A stretch of DNA of 64,000 bases from a virus. The translations under genes and the position numbers were made by a program. This document shows, piece after piece, positions 59,389-64,000 of the stretch. Below the pieces are notes generated by a model. That model had not been told where the DNA came from. It made no database searches and saw only the letters and a list, made by a program, of their open reading frames with translations. Position 1 is the stretch's first letter; every line of letters starts with the position of its first letter. The DNA is taken from positions 1-64,000 of the IMG/VR virus record IMGVR_UViG_3300045541_000131; one strand, written 5' to 3'.

Positions 59389-60783
59389 ATGAAACTATTT
59401 GAATTATTCGAAAGCCCAATGATGACTGGGGCCAGCAATCTAAAAGTTATTGCCGACGCAGTCAGAAGCAGTACCAGTGCTGAAATCAGCTTGGGCGGTG
59501 AACCAGTAACACTAGAGCCACAAGAAGCAAACTATGTTTATAGTTTGTACAAGAGCGCATTAGAGAATGGTCGTCAAGAACAGTTTATGCAAATGCTCAG
59601 TGATCCACAAAGTTTTGATCGCATCATGGGCGGCATGCGTACTCGCATGGATACCATTCAACAAAAGATGTCAGGTACACACCCTAGCATGACAGGTGCT
59701 GCGGCAACTCGTATCGGTCAGCCTGGCGTGCAAGAAGATGCTCCTTTGGCAACTCCAGATCAACCTGCTGAAAACACACATACATTAAAGTATATTGTCA
59801 AGCGTTTTCCTAAAGAAGTTAAAGAGTTTTTCGGTACAGGCGAACTAGATGAGCATTTATACGATGCGTTATTTGATTACTACAACATGCATGGCGAAAT
59901 GCCATATGGCGTTGCTAAGGCTCGCACAGCCGATCCGATTCAGTGGATTGGTGACAGATTCGAAAAAGACGCACAACCATATCTTCACTTACATGAAAGT
60001 CTAACCGAAGCTAAGAAGGCAGTTTCTGAGCGTTGGGATGATGACGATGATGATTGGTGGGGTCTAAAAGACAAAAAGACTAGTAAGACCAGCGCAGGCG
60101 GTACAGTTACACAAACCGGCACCGGTGTTGTTCACAAAGGCAAATATGGCAGTGAATACCAAGGTGATGATGGCGACGACGATGACTACGATGAGTGGGG
60201 CAAGAAAAAACCCGAAGCTAAGGCCAAGGCTGCTGCTAAAAAGGCAGCTGATAAAGCAGCTGAAACAAAACGCAGTCGTGGACGCCCAAGTGCTGCTATC
60301 AAATCAGCCGACGGCAGTGAAACAATCAGTGACTACAGTACATGGTATCGTAAGAGCAAGCGCAGCCACCCTGAGCGTAAGATTGCTGGCAGTGCTAACA
60401 AAGCTGTGGCAGTTATTCCTAAGGGTAAGAAGTTTGCTGTAGTTGGTTCATGGGATGGCAGCAAAGGTAGTATTATGGCTAAAGCAGGAGAACTAATGAC
60501 TGCCGACCAATTAAGTAGCTTTAAGAGTGCCAAAGGTCGTCCTAAGAAAGTTCGTGAGTTCATCGAAAATCTACGCTATGTCGTAGAAGCTAAAAATGAC
60601 ATGGGCGAAACAGAATACACTACTTACAGCGGTTGGAAGGCTGCTTGTAAAAAGGCCGGGGCCGACAAGTTTGACGGTGACCGCGATATTTGCCAAGCTA
60701 TGAAAGATGGCAAGGGCGTAGGCGAGTGGGACGGTGCTGTGGGCACAGTTTATGATGACGCACATAAGAAAGCAGCAAAATGA
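59389..60783 (+). CDS. modular hypothetical protein
   Basis: MKLFELFES; RGRP AT-hook-like motif; internal duplicated domain. Confidence 0.7.
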   Translation: MKLFELFESPMMTGASNLKVIADAVRSSTSAEISLGGEPVTLEPQEANYVYSLYKSALENGRQEQFMQMLSDPQSFDRIMGGMRTRMDTIQQKMSGTHPSMTGAAATRIGQPGVQEDAPLATPDQPAENTHTLKYIVKRFPKEVKEFFGTGELDEHLYDALFDYYNMHGEMPYGVAKARTADPIQWIGDRFEKDAQPYLHLHESLTEAKKAVSERWDDDDDDWWGLKDKKTSKTSAGGTVTQTGTGVVHKGKYGSEYQGDDGDDDDYDEWGKKKPEAKAKAAAKKAADKAAETKRSRGRPSAAIKSADGSETISDYSTWYRKSKRSHPERKIAGSANKAVAVIPKGKKFAVVGSWDGSKGSIMAKAGELMTADQLSSFKSAKGRPKKVREFIENLRYVVEAKNDMGETEYTTYSGWKAACKKAGADKFDGDRDICQAMKDGKGVGEWDGAVGTVYDDAHKKAAK

Positions 60784-61748
60784 GACTAAATGACATCAGC
60801 GAAGGCGTAGCAGGTCCTAAGAATTGTTGGCCTGGTTATCGTAAAGTAGGCACTAAGCCAGGTACAGGCAAGAACGCCGGTAAGCGTGTCAACGACTGCG
60901 AAAAGATCAAAGAGAGCGTTGATATAGAAGACACATATAAAGGTTGGAAGTTTGAAGTTGAATTTCAAAAAGAAGATGACCGTAATGTAACATTTTATAG
61001 TGCTGTTAGTCCTGAAGGCAAAACTCATATGTTGCCCAAGCGAGCAACCAAAGAACAGTTTAGACAGTTTGTTGACAGCAAAACTGTCAAAGAAGGCCAA
61101 GTAACTAAAACTAAAACTGGCATTATTCATCGAGCCACAGACAAGTATGGAGCAGGAGAAACCGGTTTTGGTGACTACGGCTTAGAAAAAACTGCCATGG
61201 ACTTAACAGCCTTAAACAAGGATCTAACTAGTCGACTAGACAAAAGCATGGGTGTTAAGCACGACCATGGTAATAAAAAGAAAACAAAAGAAGGCTTAGG
61301 TGATGAAATCAATCCTGCTGATCGTGGCGAATATGATCGCGAAGGTGACATGGCCATTAATCAACTAAAGACTATCGAAGACGCTGCCACAGAATTACGC
61401 AGTATCTTAGACGCAGAAGATAACTTGCCTGAGTGGGTTCAAGCAAAAATTACTAAGGCTGTAGACTATATTGATACTGCTCGCGATTATATGAAGTCTA
61501 AAGAGCAGGGTGTAACTGAAAGAGTTAGAGATCCCGAAGATTGGGACGAAGGCACTGATAAAATACCTAATAATATTGAAGTTAGTATCAATGGTCGTTC
61601 ATGGAAAGTTTTTGCTGGACGCGGCTTGCCCGACAGTCGAGAAGAACGCAATCATTTAACTAAAATGAAACAGTGGGCAGCAAGCAAGAGTGCTGCTACT
61701 GGTAAGCAATGGGAAGTGCGTCTAACTGGTGCACCAGTTAGTCGTTAA
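60780..61748 (+). CDS. modular hypothetical (head-internal-type) protein
   Basis: CWPGYRKVGTK; EYDREGDMA..QL...LPEWVQAKIT; QGVTE linker. Confidence 0.7.
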   Translation: MRLNDISEGVAGPKNCWPGYRKVGTKPGTGKNAGKRVNDCEKIKESVDIEDTYKGWKFEVEFQKEDDRNVTFYSAVSPEGKTHMLPKRATKEQFRQFVDSKTVKEGQVTKTKTGIIHRATDKYGAGETGFGDYGLEKTAMDLTALNKDLTSRLDKSMGVKHDHGNKKKTKEGLGDEINPADRGEYDREGDMAINQLKTIEDAATELRSILDAEDNLPEWVQAKITKAVDYIDTARDYMKSKEQGVTERVRDPEDWDEGTDKIPNNIEVSINGRSWKVFAGRGLPDSREERNHLTKMKQWAASKSAATGKQWEVRLTGAPVSR

Positions 61749-61760
61749 AGCGAGCCAGCA

Positions 61761-62246
61761 ATGAGATTATACGAACTACTAGAAAGCCTAGACAAAAACC
61801 AAAAGCGTGTGGGTCAAGTTGCCGGTGAAGAACCAGCTCGTAAGATTGGGCCAGTATTAGGTAAGGCTCCTAAACAGCATCCTTATAAAGGTCGCCTAGT
61901 AGGTGAAGAAGTCGAAGACATTGACGAAGCTAGTTTAGCTACAATGAGATCGTATTTTGACGGCGACGAAGACGCAGAAGATCCTAGCAAGTCAACTATG
62001 ATGCGTAAGTATTATGCTGCCCTGGACCAAAAGCTCAAAGATAAAAATAAAAAGAAGCCCGAAGATATTAACAAGCTAGACAAAAGCAATTATGTAGTAA
62101 TCAACAAACGAGTTAGCGAAGTTGCACCTCCTGGCATGGAAGATTGGATCAAAGATCGTAAAGCAGATTTCAAAAAGCGTTATGGTGATCGTTGGGAAGA
62201 AGTACTCTATGCAACTGCATGGAAACGCAAGAACGCTGGAAAATAA
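61761..62246 (+). CDS. modular hypothetical protein
   Basis: MRLYELLES; EVAPPG...FKKRYG...YATAWK. Confidence 0.7.
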   Translation: MRLYELLESLDKNQKRVGQVAGEEPARKIGPVLGKAPKQHPYKGRLVGEEVEDIDEASLATMRSYFDGDEDAEDPSKSTMMRKYYAALDQKLKDKNKKKPEDINKLDKSNYVVINKRVSEVAPPGMEDWIKDRKADFKKRYGDRWEEVLYATAWKRKNAGK

Positions 62247-62266
62247 TATAGAAATATCAAGTAAAT

Positions 62267-62293
62267 AAATGCAGGCTTAGTCCTGCATTTTTT
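62267..62293 (+). terminator. intrinsic terminator closing the array
   Basis: aaatgcagg-cttagt-cctgcatttttt. Confidence 0.7.
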
Positions 62294-63184
62294 ATGGCCG
62301 AACACAATATATCAATTGACAATTTTAGTGATGCTTACTTGCTGGGCTATGGTGCTGGCAGTATGGGAGACTTTTTAGCCAGTTTAATGATCTATTCGTT
62401 TTATAAAAAATTCAACCAACCTCACCGCAGAGAAATAGCAGACTCTTTTTATTATGAGCCATGGTCCAAAAAATGGCTAGTCAATGACTCTACAACAGGA
62501 AAATTTAGAACGTATTTAGAAGAACGAAAGAATATCATTCATTCATCGGATCCTACAAATACCACTAATCTTCGAAAATTTCATATAACTGAGGAAATGA
62601 TCAACTCATCCGATGAGCTAGCACATTTTTTTGTTCGTAACTCCGGTCCAAATAAACTAAAAAAAATTCCTTATTTTTTTGTCAGCGAAAACATTACTTT
62701 TTATAGCAGAACAGAAGTATCTGGCCAACGCCTAAAGAATATTAATTTTATATATTCCAGGTTCAAAGACACAGCACTGTATCCTTTGTATTTTTTATTA
62801 CCCTTGTATAAAAATACAATATCTGCAAAAAGGTATTCTGCTTCTATATTTCAAACCAGAGACGAATTTATCAGCGACACTGAAAAAATTTTAACTGCCG
62901 CAAAAAATAATAGACCAATAGTAAGAGGACAGTCTGAAGTACAAGACAAGATATTAGAAAAGAAAAATCATTACGACTTTGATATAATGAAATTACTTTT
63001 AGAGTATGATCCTCAGGGATTGGAATTTTTAATTACTGATGACGCTGAAAGTAAAAATATGATAGATTTGGCCAGACGAGACATGTTCGACATATTAGAT
63101 TTTTTCAATCTAGATCTAGGTGATTTAACTGTATCTGATACTGATCATCTGCACAAAATTTATGATCGTATCGAACGTTTATAG
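62294..63184 (+). CDS. hypothetical AT-rich protein (sulfotransferase-like N-loop)
   Basis: GYGAGSMGDFLASL. Confidence 0.55.
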   Translation: MAEHNISIDNFSDAYLLGYGAGSMGDFLASLMIYSFYKKFNQPHRREIADSFYYEPWSKKWLVNDSTTGKFRTYLEERKNIIHSSDPTNTTNLRKFHITEEMINSSDELAHFFVRNSGPNKLKKIPYFFVSENITFYSRTEVSGQRLKNINFIYSRFKDTALYPLYFLLPLYKNTISAKRYSASIFQTRDEFISDTEKILTAAKNNRPIVRGQSEVQDKILEKKNHYDFDIMKLLLEYDPQGLEFLITDDAESKNMIDLARRDMFDILDFFNLDLGDLTVSDTDHLHKIYDRIERL

Positions 63185-63195
63185 GTAAATACTTG

Positions 63196-63327
63196 ATGTT
63201 AAACAAAGTCTTTGAAATCTATTTCGATAGCTTGGTACAATTCTATCTGGGCATGTATTACATGCCTTATTTTTTGGCTGGGGCACAGACACCAAATGAA
63301 ATACTGGCAGGAATATGTAAGAAGTAG
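63196..63327 (+). CDS. small hypothetical protein (43 aa)
   Basis: ATG just after TAAATA at 63186. Confidence 0.35.
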   Translation: MLNKVFEIYFDSLVQFYLGMYYMPYFLAGAQTPNEILAGICKK

Positions 63328-63706
63328 TTACGAACTTGTTCTGGAAGCAGAAGGTAAAACAGCAGTATATCTCAATGATGATATAGAAAGTTATCTCGTG
63401 AGATTACTAGCTCGTTGGTTTGACCGTGCCGATATACCGCCCGAAACACCAGTGGCAATATTGCTAATGACTGCCATGCAAAAGCCACGGGAACATGAAC
63501 TAGCCCAAGTTGCTGACATTTGTTTATTTTATGACAGCTTTAAAATTAAACACCAACGTTGGCCTAATGCTAATTACTATAAAGACATGGGACAAATTGC
63601 CTACGGCATGGCCTATGTTGCCAGCAACGATAAACTATATAACCAGCTTGAAACAAAATTTTCTAGTTGCAGTAAAATACTGTCTAACTTAAAAATACAA
63701 CTTTAG
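63296..63706 (+). CDS. hypothetical protein
   Basis: W...V.EAE...L.DDIESYLV.LL...ADICL...YY.DMG..AY. Confidence 0.65.
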   Translation: MKYWQEYVRSSYELVLEAEGKTAVYLNDDIESYLVRLLARWFDRADIPPETPVAILLMTAMQKPREHELAQVADICLFYDSFKIKHQRWPNANYYKDMGQIAYGMAYVASNDKLYNQLETKFSSCSKILSNLKIQL

Positions 63707-63756
63707 TATTAGCTGTAATTTATTAAAATGATAAATAATAAAACAGGAATATAATT

Positions 63757-64000
63757 ATGGACGAACTAGTTCAAGCACTTAAAAAAGTTTTAGCCAATCA
63801 CTATGCCTTTAGTCTTAAGGCACAAAATTTCCATTGGAACGTGGAAGGTGCTGACTTCAGTCAATACCATGCGCTATTTGGACAGATTTATGACGAAGTT
63901 TATGGCGCAGTAGATGTTATTGCCGAACGTATTCGTACATTAGATGCTTATGCTCCTGGAAGTTTTCGTAGATTTGCTGATCTATCTGATATCGAAGATC
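63757..64000 (+). CDS. dps: Dps / ferritin-like DNA protection protein, 3' truncated
   Basis: FHWNVEG.DF..YH.LF...Y.E.....D.IAERIR (translated by hand). Confidence 0.92.
   Translation, partial: MDELVQALKKVLANHYAFSLKAQNFHWNVEGADFSQYHALFGQIYDEVYGAVDVIAERIRTLDAYAPGSFRRFADLSDIED

Noticed and set aside
53587-61520. QGVAE repeats as CRISPR repeats or attC sites
   Set aside because: Short, irregularly spaced, in frame, non-palindromic, and no cas or integrase gene in the window.
1-64000. Bacterial chromosome origin, given the many metabolic genes
   Set aside because: Host-like genes are interleaved with a clamp loader, fibres, spanin/holin-like genes and T4-like late motifs, and there is no ribosomal or other housekeeping synteny; a large phage fits better.
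1-64000. Alternative genetic code (stop-codon recoding)
   Set aside because: Recognisable genes are full length and tightly packed under the standard code.

Overview
AT-rich, gene-dense 64 kb segment that reads as part of a large myovirus-type (T4-like/jumbo) bacteriophage genome, probably infecting an aquatic Gram-negative host. Evidence: a gp44-like clamp loader, collagen/tail-fibre proteins, spanin-like and holin-like genes, PhoH, and a recurrent TAAATA late-promoter-like motif just upstream of many genes. Host-type gene content is unusually high: fatty-acid desaturase; CHASE2 adenylate cyclase; a PlcP-like phosphoesterase plus GT4 glycosyltransferase pair with Pho-box-like repeats; a curli-like operon (CsgF, CsgG, two curlin-repeat proteins, FecR); an apparently complete SUF Fe-S operon; GroES, IF-1, ClpA, UvdE, phasin-like protein, AOX, TctA/TctC, an APS-kinase fusion and Dps. 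From 49.4 to 62.2 kb lies an array of modular proteins that share a T4-like capsid-targeting N-terminus, several with internal QGVAE-type linkers that are conserved at DNA level. Two candidate structured ncRNAs were seen (5655-5720 on minus; 48709-48805 on plus). All calls come from reading motifs by eye; no database searches were run.
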